From: Octopus sinensis | Taxonomy: Eukaryota | NCBI RefSeq assembly: GCF_006345805.1 | Contig: NC_043003.1 | Coordinates: forward strand, 61,318,001-61,382,000 | DNA: 64,000 nt | Direction: 5' to 3' | Shown: positions 25,705 to 39,372 of the stretch, piece by piece | How the letters are laid out: every line of letters starts with the position of its first letter | Numbering within the stretch: position 1 is the first letter of the stretch | Position numbers and translations under genes: made by a program | The notes under the pieces: generated by a model | Seen by the model: only the letters and a program-made list of their open reading frames with translations | What the model was told of the DNA's origin: nothing | The model's database searches: none

Positions 25705-27020
25705 TCATATGTTGTGGTGTGTGCTATTGCTCCATTCTAGTTTTCTATTCAAGCTAGGTTTATTTTCTATTATATGTGTAGCTTCTGTAATTTGTCTAAT
25801 TGTTGCATCTGTTCTATGTGTGGACAATATCTTAATCTCTATGTTATTGATTGATCCCCCGTGTTCCTGTTCGGCGTGTTGGTACAGAATCGATGAGCTC
25901 TTACCTTCCTTGAGTTGTCTCCAATGTTCATTCACCCACTCTCCAATGCTTCTTGCTGTTTCCCCTACATATGTTACTGTCTTGTTACTGCATCGTCCCT
26001 CTATACATCTTATACTATAGACCACATTTCTGGCTTTACAGTTTGTTTGTGGGCTAAATCTACATACAGTGCAATAGTTATCCGTACAGAGGGTTCTACT
26101 AAAAGGATAGGTTCTACCAATTATAGATCTGATAGGGTTGCCTGGCTTTTCAACAACCTTAATTCTTAGTTTAAGTTTATCTAGGGTCCTTCTAAAGCGG
26201 TACGCCAGTTCACCTCCAGGGGTGGTGTCAACGAACATGACACTCTGGTATTTATGGCTATCATACCAAGAGTTGGCCTTCCCTATTTCCTTTTTTGTCC
26301 TTTCTATAGTGTTCCATGACTTGTTCCTATAGAGTGGGCAAATCCCATTCCTATCATTACATAATATATTACCAAATTTCTTCATGGCTCCTTTGTATAC
26401 TCTGATCCTTTCTTTATGGCTGTAACCTGAGAACTGCATGCGGTGAATGAAATACTGTATGTGTCTCTTTAATTCTGTAGGCTCGCACATGCGTGACACA
26501 TTTCTCATTATTCTGACGAGGTCTGCCATCAAAATATTGAATTTGGCATTGCCCGCAATGGCTGAGTTCCGGTGGATCAGGTATTTTGAGGCCATAGGTT
26601 TTGCATAGTATGAATGAAGGATTTGGGTTTTATTTTTCACAATTTCTAGCCAGAGTTCAGTGTCTAGTACTGGTAGTCTATGGTTGGGGTGTTTAGTGGG
26701 GTAGTCTATTGTGACCTTAATACTCTGGTGGATGGAGTTAGCTATTTGCTGGATGCTCTCCATAGTATTAGTTTCTATTACTATATCAACATTACTCTCT
26801 TGTGGGGTGCCTTTACTACTATGTTGATATCATCAACATAGCGAGAGTACATGTTTACGAGTATGGATTTCTGCAGTAGGCATTCTTTAAGCCTTCTGTC
26901 CCACCATACCATGAAGAGGTTGGCCACATCACCAGCGATACTAATACCGATGGCTGCCCCCTCGTCCTGGGCATATATTTTATTATTAAATTTAAATGTG
27001 TGGCCTTTTAGGGTAACTCT
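25705..27020 (-). pseudogene. Penelope-like RT C-terminal half + GIY-YIG endonuclease (frame break near 26780)
   Basis: ...FKFNNKIYAQDEGAAIGISIAGDVANLFM...YSRYVDDI (RT motif), then ORF 25705-26763 with LPVLDTELW, HSYYAKPMAS and CKARNVVYSIRC...YVGETARSIGE..NEH...RQITEA..I...KPSLN. Confidence 0.92.
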
Positions 27021-27450
27021 TATACTAGAGGGACGATGCAGTAACAAGACAGTAACATACGTAGGGGAAACAGCAAGAAGCATTGGAGAGCGGGTGAATG
27101 AACATTGAAGACAACTCAAGGAAGGTAAGAGCTCATCGATTCTGTACCAACACGCCGAACAGGAACACGGGGGATCAATCAATAACATAGAGATTAAGAT
27201 ATTGTCCACACATAGAACAGATGCAACAATTAGACAAATTACAGAAGCTACACATATAATAGAAAATAAACCTAGCTTGAATAGAAAACTAGAATGGAGC
27301 AATAGCACACACCACAACATATGACGATAGTGGATCCTGCAAACATAATAAATACACAGATAATTAAAGAAATAGAAATGAATAACTATATATATGTATA
27401 TATATCTATGTATGTATATGTGTATATGTGTGTATATATGTATATGTGTA

Positions 27451-27493
<43 letters not shown>

Positions 27494-27812
27494 TTTTTCG
27501 ATTAGATTTATTATTATTATTACTAATATTGTTGTTATACATACATACAAGCATATGTAATGATAATAATGGGTGGATGTAAACACATGAACAAAATTAG
27601 AACAAAAGCAACAACAACAAAAACAAAATACAAATTACAAGAACGTATATAAACAGAAGATACAAATATTACAGGCATCCCCCCCACACACACACTAAAT
27701 AAACATAGACGTACATAGAGATATAAGCATGCGCAAATGAAGACATACAATAGAAATACAAAATAGCTGACGGTTAGTAAGGAGAGACACAAATAAGTGA
27801 GAAGAAAACAAA

Positions 27813-27857
27813 GGACCACTGATGCGGTCACAGGAGTGTGACGAAAGAACTTTGGCC
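27813..27857 (+). ncRNA. Hammerhead-like motif in PLE terminal repeat (right arm), non-canonical core
   Basis: GGACCA-CTGATGC-G-GTCAC AGGAGT GTGAC-GAA-AGAACT-T-TGGCC. Stems I and II pair, but position 9 is C. Confidence 0.5.
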
Positions 27858-28339
27858 GAAATAAGATTAAGATTAATGTAAAAAATAAATATCACTGAAG
27901 CAAAATAACACCAAATATATAGTGCGTGTGTTTTTATTGGCTAAACTGGCAATATGACCATTCCGAAATATAACAATATCTGTTTCAACACACGACTTCA
28001 CATAAAAAATCTTGCACAACAAATATTTAAACGTATATATATATATATATACATATATATACAGATATATATATATACATATAACTGATTATTTTTAATC
28101 GGCTTAGAGTTACGTTTTCTTTTGGTTTACATGATTTTTCTTTCTGTATCTGTAGCCATAGCTCTATACTAGGTCTAATTCCAATATTAATAGACTATAA
28201 CGTTTCGTAATAACTTTAAAAACAGATCATGGTTTGAACCGACAGCTGTCTTCGTGTTGCTTGTGTGCGTACTATTGCACTTGGTGTGACTTTTGGGTAT
28301 TTCTTCGTAATATTATGTTGTGACTTTCAAGTAATTTAT

Positions 28340-28560
28340 GGAACAAATATTAAACAAATGTCTCGGGGTATCTGAAGCTGTTTTCATCGAATCTGTCACG
28401 CACAACTTCCAACATTTTTATTATGTCATTAGCCATTTTCTAAAGCAGCTATGAAACCTATTCAGTTGGGAGAACATCTTGCTACAAAACATCCCGAATG
28501 GAAGGACCAGCGCATCGAGTATTCTCAAAATACAAGGTTTAAAAATGATTTTACGATAAC
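28340..28560 (+). mobile_element. hAT (Charlie/ZBED5-like) transposase zinc-finger remnant
   Basis: Translation FSKAAMKPIQLGEHLATKHPEWKDQ resembles the Charlie-type AMKPSKL.RHL.TKHP motif. Confidence 0.65.
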
Positions 28561-28659
28561 TGCATCACTTTAAAATGTGAAAAAGAATTTGGACATTATC
28601 CTCGTTTATCATGAGAGTTTGGTGCCAAAAATATATAAGCAATTCAGCGATATATGAAG

Positions 28660-29384
28660 AATTTCCACACACTTTATAAATGGATCGTATAGTAGTTTCA
28701 TTTACACCGAGCTCGCGACTCATAGTAGTTTCATTTACACCGAGCTCGCGACTCATAGTAGTTTCATTTACACCGAGCTCGCGACTCATAGTAGTTTCAT
28801 TTACACCGAGCTCGCGACTCATAGTAGTTTCATTTACACCGAGCTCGCGACTCATAGTAGCTTCATTTACACCGAGCTCGCGACTCATAGTAGTTTCATT
28901 TACACCGAGCTCGCGACTCATAGTAGTTTCATTTACACCGAGCTCGCGACTCACAGCTGCGACGCTTCCACCATCACGTATTTTCTTAATTTTCTCTACT
29001 TTCTCTAGTTTAGAAAATGCTCGTCAGCATCACTTGTTAGGATCATCCTCTTTTGTATATTTTCTAACTACTAGTTCTATGATGATTAGGTACGAGTGTA
29101 TAAATCCGCTTGAAAAATATACGCAACATAGGTATACGGTCAGGTAAATACAAACGATTGACAGAGCATTCTGCGCAGCTGAGCATTGAGGGTGGTTGTT
29201 GGAGTGACTTTGTTCGGAACAATCACACTCTTCGACTAATCGCCGACCCGTGTTATCACTAATCAATCTGATATGCGTAACACGCTTCACATTTGAGCGC
29301 ACCGTGTTATTCTGGATCCGTGATAAATGTATCCATGATAATGAATCCGTGATAAGTGAACGGTGATAAATGAGGCTACACGTA
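28660..29384 (-). mobile_element. Tigger/pogo-like 5' fragment (psq/CENP-B HTH)
   Basis: Minus translation KLEKVEKIKKIRDGGSVAAVSRELGVNETT..IRSI; TIR-like end TACGTGTAGCCTCATTTATCAC with subterminal TTATCAC repeats. Confidence 0.75.
28689..28952. repeat. 33-bp tandem repeat x8 (encodes MSRELGVNETT on minus)
   Basis: Unit ATAGTAGTTTCATTTACACCGAGCTCGCGACTC; only one internal substitution seen; no spacers. Confidence 0.95.
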
Positions 29385-30305
29385 CTTCTTATTTGGGAAG
29401 TATTACCATGAAGTTTATTGAATTTAATCTGCAACTTCAAAGAGCCAGTACCACATATATAAGTAGCAAAAATAGTATTTCATTGCTTTTAGATTTAGAT
29501 TTTTCCATCGTATTATTCTGAAGACTAATTCCAACAGACAGTAGAATGGTTAGCAAGTACAAATTATGTAACTCTAGAGGAGCTTAAAAACTTTATCAGT
29601 GACTTCTATAAGCGAATTCACTATATCTTTAAACGCAAATTCTATCGAGGCTGATGCAACGTACTAGGAAAAAAGGATTTAGAGTTGAAGCATAACGAAA
29701 AAGCCAAATCTGATTTCAACACTGGTAGATAGCCAGCTTTGTGTGGAAGTCAAAACAAACTGTTCCATATTCACTTTTACCTTTCTTTATATCCTATCTT
29801 GTAGAATCAGATTATAGAGCTATATAACTCTTATTATCACTAAACGGTGAATTATCTGAAAATCGCTGACCTTTCACTGCTTTTTTTTTACGAAAATATT
29901 ATGAGATATACAGCAGTTACGTTTTCCGTATCAGACACGAGGATCTCACTCAATTAAAACTAATTTCGATTTATCTTATTGATTTATACAGGATATGTGA
30001 GGTAATTTTAAGTAATTTTGTTATTTTATACATGGTTTCTGATTTTTTTTTCCCATTTGAAACATAAGTGGGCGGTACTAAAATGTTATTCTCACGTTGA
30101 CTACCCAATTGGGTGCCGAGTATTAAAAGGTTGATGACCACGCGGTAAGTGTAATACGTGTGTGCGCGCACGTGTGTGTGTGAGTGTGTGTATGTGTATG
30201 TGTGTGTGCATGTGTATGTATGTATGTGTGTGCGTCTGTGTGCGTGTGTATTTAAATATTTGCATTTATATATAAACATGCTCATATGTAAATATATGCA
30301 TATAT

Positions 30306-30371
<66 letters not shown>

Positions 30372-31327
30372 ATACATAATAGATACATACATATATATTT
30401 ATATATGTATGTATGTATATATATATATATATATTAACACACACATAAATTTATGTGTGTATATATATTTATAAATATATATGTAAGTGTGTATATATAT
30501 ATATAATATATATATATTTATATATGTGTGTGTGTATGTATATATATATATATATGCACTATGTCAGTATGCATTTATGACTGCGCATGTACCTCTTATA
30601 CATGCATGCATTAGATACAACATGAGAGCGTGCGCATGTGTTGGTTTCTATCTGTGTTTGCGTACGTGTACGCATGTATGTATGCACTTTTGCCACTCTT
30701 GTGCGTGCGCGCGTGCGTGTCTGTTCGTGTGTGCGCACATTTGCATGTAAGCAAAGGCTAGCATTAGCCACTATTCCTGGTCACAAATGACAAGAGACAC
30801 AGTCATTTACCAGGCTTTCTATACACTCGCATTCGTTCGTGTCACCATTCTTTTATTCTTTTATTCTTTTATTCCAGTAGTCCTATTGCGATATACTTGC
30901 AACATTAGTGGGATAATAGCTTGCATATATTCTATCTTAAACGAACACAATTACATCTGTACAACTATCACCATACTATATCGCCTATAATTGTTGCATG
31001 TTTCACTGTTGCCAATAACAACTGTTGCTTTTTGCAGCTTAACATCTGCCGCTTCCTCACATATTGGTGCCAGCATTATGCTTTCACGAGTTAAAGAGGC
31101 ACTACCAGTTTGCATTACGATTCCTTGCGCAGGTGCAAGAATAAAGAGATTTAAGTGCTTTGCTGCTACTATAAATTTTGTTTGACTAGTCACAAGCCCA
31201 AATAGTTTTATGAATATTTGTGCGTCTGCGGGAAGTGTGGGGGGCATCGCATAATATTTGTGTGTTTATAGGTATAGATGTATCTGTATATATTTGTGCG
31301 TGAGTGTGTATGCGCATACACAACATG

Positions 31328-31402
<75 letters not shown>

Positions 31403-31445
31403 GCATGTATGTGTGTATGTATATATATAATATATATATATATAT

Positions 31446-31492
<47 letters not shown>

Positions 31493-31703
31493 CAGATATA
31501 TGCACATATATATCTATGCATATAAGTATATATATATGTATATACATGTATGTATATATATGAATAGGTGTACATATATGTGTGTCTATAGGCATATGCA
31601 TTCACATATGTTTGTATATGTATATATGTACTTGTAAATTTATATGTATGTGTATATATATATATGTATGTATATGTATATGTGTATATATATGTGTATA
31701 GTG

Positions 31704-31772
<69 letters not shown>

Positions 31773-31976
31773 TATATATACATATGTATAAGAAGAAAAG
31801 TGTTGTATACAGTGCTCAGATACATTACAACAAATTACTCAGGTGCACTACATACATACAATACTCAGGTGCACTATATACATATATATAAGCGCGTATA
31901 TTTTCGTGTATGTGTATTTATATACGTATGTATAGTTATTTATACGCACGTATACTTAATTGTTTTTGTATACACG

Positions 31977-32375
31977 TAGGCGTAGGAGTGGCTGTGTGGT
32001 AAGTAGCTTGCTAACCAACCACTTGGTTCCGGGTTCAGTCCCACTGCGCGGCATCTTGGGCAAGTGTCTTCCGCTATAGCCCCGGGCCGACCAATGCCTT
32101 GTGAGTGGATATGGTAGACGGAAACTGAAAGAAGACTGTCGTATATATGTATGTGTGTGTGTGTTTGCGTGCCTGTGTTTGTTCCCCTAGCATTGCTTGA
32201 TAACTGATGCTGGTGTGTTTACGTCCCCGTCACTTAGCGGTTCAGCAAAAGAGACCGATAGAATAAGTACTGGGCTTACAAAGAATAAGTCCTGGGGTCG
32301 ATTTGCTCGATTAAAGGCGGTGCTCCAGCATGGCCGCAGTCAAATGACTGAAACAAGTAAAAGAGTAAAAGAGAG
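31977..32375 (+). mobile_element. SINE family B (left member of tail-to-tail pair)
   Basis: Near-consensus full-length copy. Confidence 0.9.
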
Positions 32376-32404
32376 AGAGAATATACGCATATGCATATTG
32401 CCTT

Positions 32405-32860
32405 TTGTCTTTTACTCATTTCGGTCAATAAGTTGCGGCCATGCTGGGCTATATCCTTGAAGGATGTAGTCGAAAAAAGCGATCCCAGCACTATTTTCTA
32501 AACCTGGTATTTATTCTATCGTTATCTTTTGCCGAACCGCAATATTATAGGGACGTCAACAAACCAACATAGGTTGTCAGTTGATAGTGGGGTACAAACA
32601 CAAGCGCAAAGACGCACAAGCATGTGTGTGTGTGTGTGTGTATGTGTATGAATGTATGTGTGTATATATACATATACACATATCTATATACATATACGAC
32701 GGTCTCTTTTCGGTTTCCGTCTGCCAAATGCAATTATAAGGCTTTGGTCATCCTGGAGCTATAGCAGAAGACATTTGCCCTATGTGTCGCGTAGTGCAAC
32801 TGAACATCGAACGTGTAGATGGAAAGCAAACTTCTTACCACACAGCCACACAGCCACGCA
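32405..32860 (-). mobile_element. SINE family B (right member, more diverged)
   Basis: Reverse copy with tail, internal microsatellite and head. Confidence 0.8.
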
Positions 32861-32898
32861 TGCACAGACGCACACAAACTTATATATATATATATATA

Positions 32899-34325
<1,427 letters not shown>

Positions 34326-34401
34326 TATATAATATATATATATATATGATAGATCGTTAGCCACTACACACATTTTTTCTCTCCTTGTTTTTTTTCTGTA
34401 C

Positions 34402-34437
34402 CTTTCTGTAGAAGAGCGTAGGCTCGAAACGTAAAAG
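34402..34437 (+). ncRNA. Minimal type I hammerhead motif (U at position 6)
   Basis: CTTT-CTGTAGA-A-GAGC GTAG GCTC-GAA-ACGT-A-AAAG. Confidence 0.55.
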
Positions 34438-34704
34438 ACTTTTTCTATTCCTGAGCGTTACACTAATACATCAGTTTGTTTTGTACACCACCTGTCTTCG
34501 TCTTTTGTTTTTTTTTTCGTAAACTTTCCCTATATATATATATCGAGTGAAAAAAACGGTATGGACGATTTGTTTTTGTTTTGGAGTCTAGCAATGCCAT
34601 GTACGCCTATGAGGATTTACTTTCCCAATGAAACTCGGTTTTTTCTCAAACTTTTTCTCAAACCTGTTATAATGTGATACAAGTCTTTGATGTGACAATT
34701 GTAC

Positions 34705-34797
34705 GCGGCTGAAGAAGGCTTTTGATCTATCTGTTATATCAATTATGCATTGATATAAGAATAAGCTGTTCAATAAAGCCCGAAACATATGTACCGC
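34705..34797 (+). ncRNA. Type I hammerhead with long branched stem II
   Basis: GCGG-CTGAAGA-AGGCTTT[...TTATATCAAT TATGC ATTGATATAA...]AAAGCCC-GAA-ACATATGT-A-CCGC. Confidence 0.72.
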
Positions 34798-34939
34798 AAA
34801 ATCCTTTGCATCCTGTGTTTCATTTACTTCATTTGATACATATATGTATATATATATACATATATATATATATATACACATGCATCGATGCATATATATA
34901 TGTATATTATATATATATACATATATATGTATATAAAAG

Positions 34940-35275
34940 ACCCCCCCTTCGGTCATGAATGACCATGGGATTGTACCTAGAAAGTTATCCTCCTAGACAC
35001 AAGTCCGGGCAAGGTTGTTTATGGAAGACCAGCAGTCGCCCATGCATACCAGCCTCCCCTCTCCACGCCACCAGTGTTATCCAAGGGAAAGACAAAGGTC
35101 GATACAGCTTGGCACCAGTGACGTCGCAACTCATTTCTACAGCTGAGTGAACTGGAGCAACGTGAAATAAAGTGCTTTGCTCAAGAACACAACACGCAGC
35201 CCGGTCCGGGATTCGAGCTCACACCCTCACGATCGTAAGCTCGACGCTCTAACCACTGAGCCATGCGCCTTCACA
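34940..35275 (-). mobile_element. SINE family C, tail type 1
   Basis: Reverse complement of 39373-39692. Confidence 0.85.
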
Positions 35276-35430
35276 TGCATATATATATGTATATATACAT
35301 ATATATATTTATATATGTGTATATATATATATATATATATAATATATATATATATATATGTGTGTGTGTATATATGTGTATGTATATATGTATGCATGTA
35401 TATATATGTGTGTGTGTATGTGTGTATGTG

Positions 35431-35700
35431 CTTTGATACTTTGATAGGTTTCGGCCAGATTGGCCAAGGCCATGTCGGACTTAATAAGAACACCTGGCGA
35501 AGTCATTCAAATCAGGAATCGGACAACGTGGCCCACCCGAGGAGAGAGTTATTGTTTACAGAGACATATCCGGGCGTTGGAGGTTTATCCGGGATATCTT
35601 GAAGCAATTTGTCCAAAGACTTCCTGAACTTTATGAAGTCTGTTTCTGCTTTAATGTGTTTTGGTCTAATGGTAAAGGAACGGGGCCAATTTATGCATGT
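35431..35700 (-). mobile_element. CR1-clade LINE 3' end
   Basis: Minus translation GPRSFTIRPKHIKAETDFIKFRKSLDKLLQDIPDKPPTPGYVSVNNNSLLGW.., then a 3' UTR ending in a short tandem tail ATCAAAGTATCAAAG. Confidence 0.75.
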
Positions 35701-35709
35701 ATGTATATA

Positions 35710-35755
<46 letters not shown>

Positions 35756-35764
35756 TATATATAT

Positions 35765-35795
<31 letters not shown>

Positions 35796-36233
35796 CTTCT
35801 GGGTTCATCCCACCGTGTGACACCTTAAGCAACTGGTCGATCAAAGTTCTGTGAGAGAACGTGGTACGCAGAATCTGAAAGAAGATCCACACCTCATGTC
35901 GCCTCTTATAGTTGTCCCCCGAGTACCTCTTCTGCTTTCGGTCATTTCAGCATGCAGTGACCGTCTAGTTGAGACACGTCCGTTCATTCCTCTCTCCACT
36001 TTTCCTCTCCTCGTCGTGTTTCAGTAGAAAAGCATATACCCAAAACGTAAAAGACTTTTCCCTCTATTTTTCCTGGGCGTGAACCTAATACACTCTGTTT
36101 GTTTGATTTTTTTTACCTCATTTACCTGTTACTTATAGTTTTTGCACCGAATATGTGTGTTTGTGTGCAATCTTGGTTATAGAGAAATAATAGCTAAACC
36201 AAACTGAATTTGAACTGGGAACGAAATGAATCA

Positions 36234-37233
36234 AACTAACGTTACAATATATTATGTGTGGTGCTGTGCCATTTCAGTTACATATTCTGCCATTCTAATG
36301 TCGTTGTTACTGGTGGTTGTTGTTGTTGTTTATCTTCAGACCAGTCCTGATCGAGCAGACCTGGGACCAAATATTTTCCAACCGTGACTATCTTGTCTAT
36401 TTTTTTCAAACATCTAAAACTACATTTTTAAAAATCTCTTTATTACCCAGGGGCCTAAACATAAAGGGGACAAACAAGGGCAGACAAAAGGATTAAGTCG
36501 ATTACATCGACCCCAGTGCGTAACTGGTATTTATTTAATCGATTCCGAAATGATGAAAGGCAAAGTCGATCTTTGCCGGAATTTGAACTCAGAACATAAC
36601 TGCAGACGAAATACCCCTAAGCATTTCGCCCGGCGTGCTCACGATTCTGCCAGCTCGCCGCCCTAAAACTACATTATGAAATATATCCTTTATTTTGGTA
36701 AGGCGTGATTTCAGATGTGATTTTTAGGAAAATTGGCTACCATTTCTAACAGGTCAGATCGAATGACAACTTAGAGTTTTCTTCAGTGCTTGGCTACTTC
36801 GGATAAAATACAAAGTCGATTCTAGCGGACTCATAACGTAAATAACTGACAGTAGTAAGTAATTACTGCAAAGAATTCTGTGCGACTCAACCATTTTTGT
36901 CGTTTTCCCACTCTATTTACATTGCACACAATAGAAGATTTAAAACAACTGGTACCCCGACGGTTACGATGATGAGGGTTCCGGTTGATTCGATCAAGGG
37001 AACATCGTGCTCGTGAAATTAACGTGCAAGTGGCTGAACACTGCATTGAACACACGTATGTAATCGACTTAATCCTTTTGTCTGCCCTTGTTTGTCCCCT
37101 TTATGTTTAGGCCCCTGTGGGTAATAAAGAGATTTTTAAAAATGTAGTTTTAGATGTTTGAAAAAAATAGACAAGATAGTCACGGTTGGAAAATATTTGG
37201 TCCCAGGTCTGCTCGATCAGGACTGGTCTGAAG

Positions 37234-37266
<33 letters not shown>

Positions 37267-37348
37267 CACCAGTAAAAACGACATTAGAATGGCAGAATAT
37301 GTAACTGAAATGGCACAGCACCACACATAATATATTGTAACGTTAGTT
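36234..37348. repeat. Inverted duplication: arms 36234-36507 and 37058-37348
   Basis: The arms are near-perfect reverse complements and include unique-looking sequence plus a partial SINE A tail. Confidence 0.92.
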
Positions 37349-37575
37349 CTGAGGGAGATTCATAATATATTGTAACGTAGTTCTGAGGGAGATTCAGAGT
37401 GATATGGAATGTGGCAAGGCTGACCCTTTGAAATACAGATACTACTCCTTATTGCAAGATGAGTGGACTGGAGCAAAGTGTATTGCTCCAGAACACAACA
37501 TGCCACCAGGAATTGAACTCACGACTTTACGATCGTGAGCCGAATGCCTTGACCACTAAGCCAAGCGTCCTCAAT
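36950..37575 (-). mobile_element. SINE family C tail type 2, interrupted by the inverted insert
   Basis: 36950-37057 and ~37370-37575 are contiguous in the uninterrupted copies at 21185 and 43995. Confidence 0.8.
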
Positions 37576-38407
37576 AGTAGATAAAGAAATGAAATGAGTA
37601 GACCGAAAGAGATGTGGATAAGAGAAAAAAAAAGAGAGAGAAATGGCGATCAAGAAAAAGACCGTGTGCCTATTGAAATGGACGATTTGTTACAGATGGA
37701 GCGAAAAATAATACAATTAACTCGGTGATGACGTTACATCTTGTTATTTGCAAAGAAAAATATCTCACAAAACCAATAAAACAACAGAGAAACGATATTA
37801 ACGATAGTTTCTACTATAAAAGGCTATATACTGCAATAAATATATCTGATAATATATAGATAAAAATTGATATTGGCAAAATTTCATGATATCAATATCA
37901 AAACAATTTTGAAGAGAAGAATATGATAATATAACGTATTCTAATTTATACAGTGAAGCAGTTATTTGCTTTAATATTGTGATATTACACGAATGAACAG
38001 TTTATCTGATGGCAGCCAAGTATTTAATGTTACAAGTACCAATAGTGAAGAGGGTAGCAGCCTAGTTAATGTAGTAATCTAAGAAATTTTAATTAATCGA
38101 AATTACGCCGTTAGTGATAAGAACAATCGTTTTCAAAAGCAGAGACATATTCATTACAAATTTTAATGATTTAAAACTGTGATTAACAAGAAAATGCAGT
38201 GAGGTGGGAGTTGGATCTTGATAATAAGGGAGACAGCTACAGACATGTTATATGCAGCCTTATTAGATTTCATCTTTGAGGCATAGTCTAGCACAGGTAT
38301 TGGGTTGTCAAATACGAGATGCTTTCCAGAAATTTTGATACTTTTAATTAAGGAGAGGCAGTTATAATTGACCTTAGGTTTTTGCAAATTTAATATATCA
38401 TTAGTAT

Positions 38408-38650
38408 ACAGTAATCCCTCGCCATATCGCGGTTAACTTATCGCGGTTCACCTACCGTGGTTTATCATTTAAGCTTACGTCGATTCCTCTGCGGTGTTGT
38501 TTTGCATTTATAATAAAATAAATATATACAAATTATAAAGATAATTTTGAAAAAAAATATACAGTACAGTACTGTTTCTACTTCGCAGATTTTCACCTAT
38601 CGCGGTGATTTTTGGAACGTAACACCCGCGATATTCGCGGGATTACTATA
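38408..38650. mobile_element. Tigger/pogo-like MITE (second copy)
   Basis: TA-CAGTAATCCCTCGCCATATCGCGG ... CGCGATATTCGCGGGATTACTA-TA. Confidence 0.75.
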
Positions 38651-38759
38651 CATTTAATGAGCAAATCTACCAACCCTGCTATTCCAGATTGAAGGAGACG
38701 ATTGTAACAACATTTTGAGGGCACTTTACTAGATACTGTTTGTCATAGCCGACTAGTTA

Positions 38760-39370
38760 GAAGAATGCAATCGGAACGGCTGGAAGCACACTTTGTAATA
38801 AAGTGTTTGCGTTAAACTGGGCAAAAAAAGTTACAGAAACTTATGAAGTACTCCAGAATGCTTATGGATTAACCTTTTGCTGGTTCAAGAGATTCAAGGA
38901 TGGTAGAAGGAAAATAAGGGACGATTAGTTATGAGAGGGAGGCCAGAATATCAGAGCTGGTCGAGAGAATTCGCAATTTTCTGAATGAAGTCCGTCGTGT
39001 ATCTATAAAGACAATAAACATACAGTTTGGAGTTGGTGTAGCAACTGTACACAGAATTATCCATGAAGATCTGAACAGGCACAAAATTAGGGCAAAGTTT
39101 GTTCCGAGAGTGCCTAGTGACGAGCATCCTTGTAATCAACAAGTTAACAGAAATGGGCATCAAAACAATCTTCCTCCCTGAAATTTTTGGTTATTTCCTA
39201 AGTTGAAGAACCTCTAAGGCAGTCGTTTGAAAAACTTTAAGGAGGCTCTGACAGAAATTATGAACGCCTTCACGATGGAGGGCTCCCGTGGGCCTTCACG
39301 AAGGGGTTAGCGGGCTACAACAAGTGCACTGAAGTCAGAAAATCCTACGTTGAAAGAGATTAGTGTTTTA
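38760..39370 (+). mobile_element. Decayed mariner remnant
   Basis: Pieces translate as GKKVTETYEVLQNAYG, WFKRFKDGR and AKFVPRVPS. Confidence 0.65.
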
Positions 39371-39372
39371 GT

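Larger units (their letters stand above)
25063..27978 (-). mobile_element. 5'-truncated Penelope-like element with ~0.95 kb inverted terminal duplication
   Basis: Arms 25063-26004 and ~27027-27978 are near-identical reverse complements enclosing RT and GIY-YIG coding sequence. Confidence 0.92.

Noticed and set aside
28689-28952. 33-bp repeat array as a CRISPR
   Set aside because: The units are contiguous with no spacers, there are no cas genes, the context is eukaryotic, and the unit is transposase coding sequence.
30951-31247. 98-aa non-repetitive minus ORF as an exon
   Set aside because: No recognisable domain or clear splice sites; cannot be supported without RNA-seq or a homology search.
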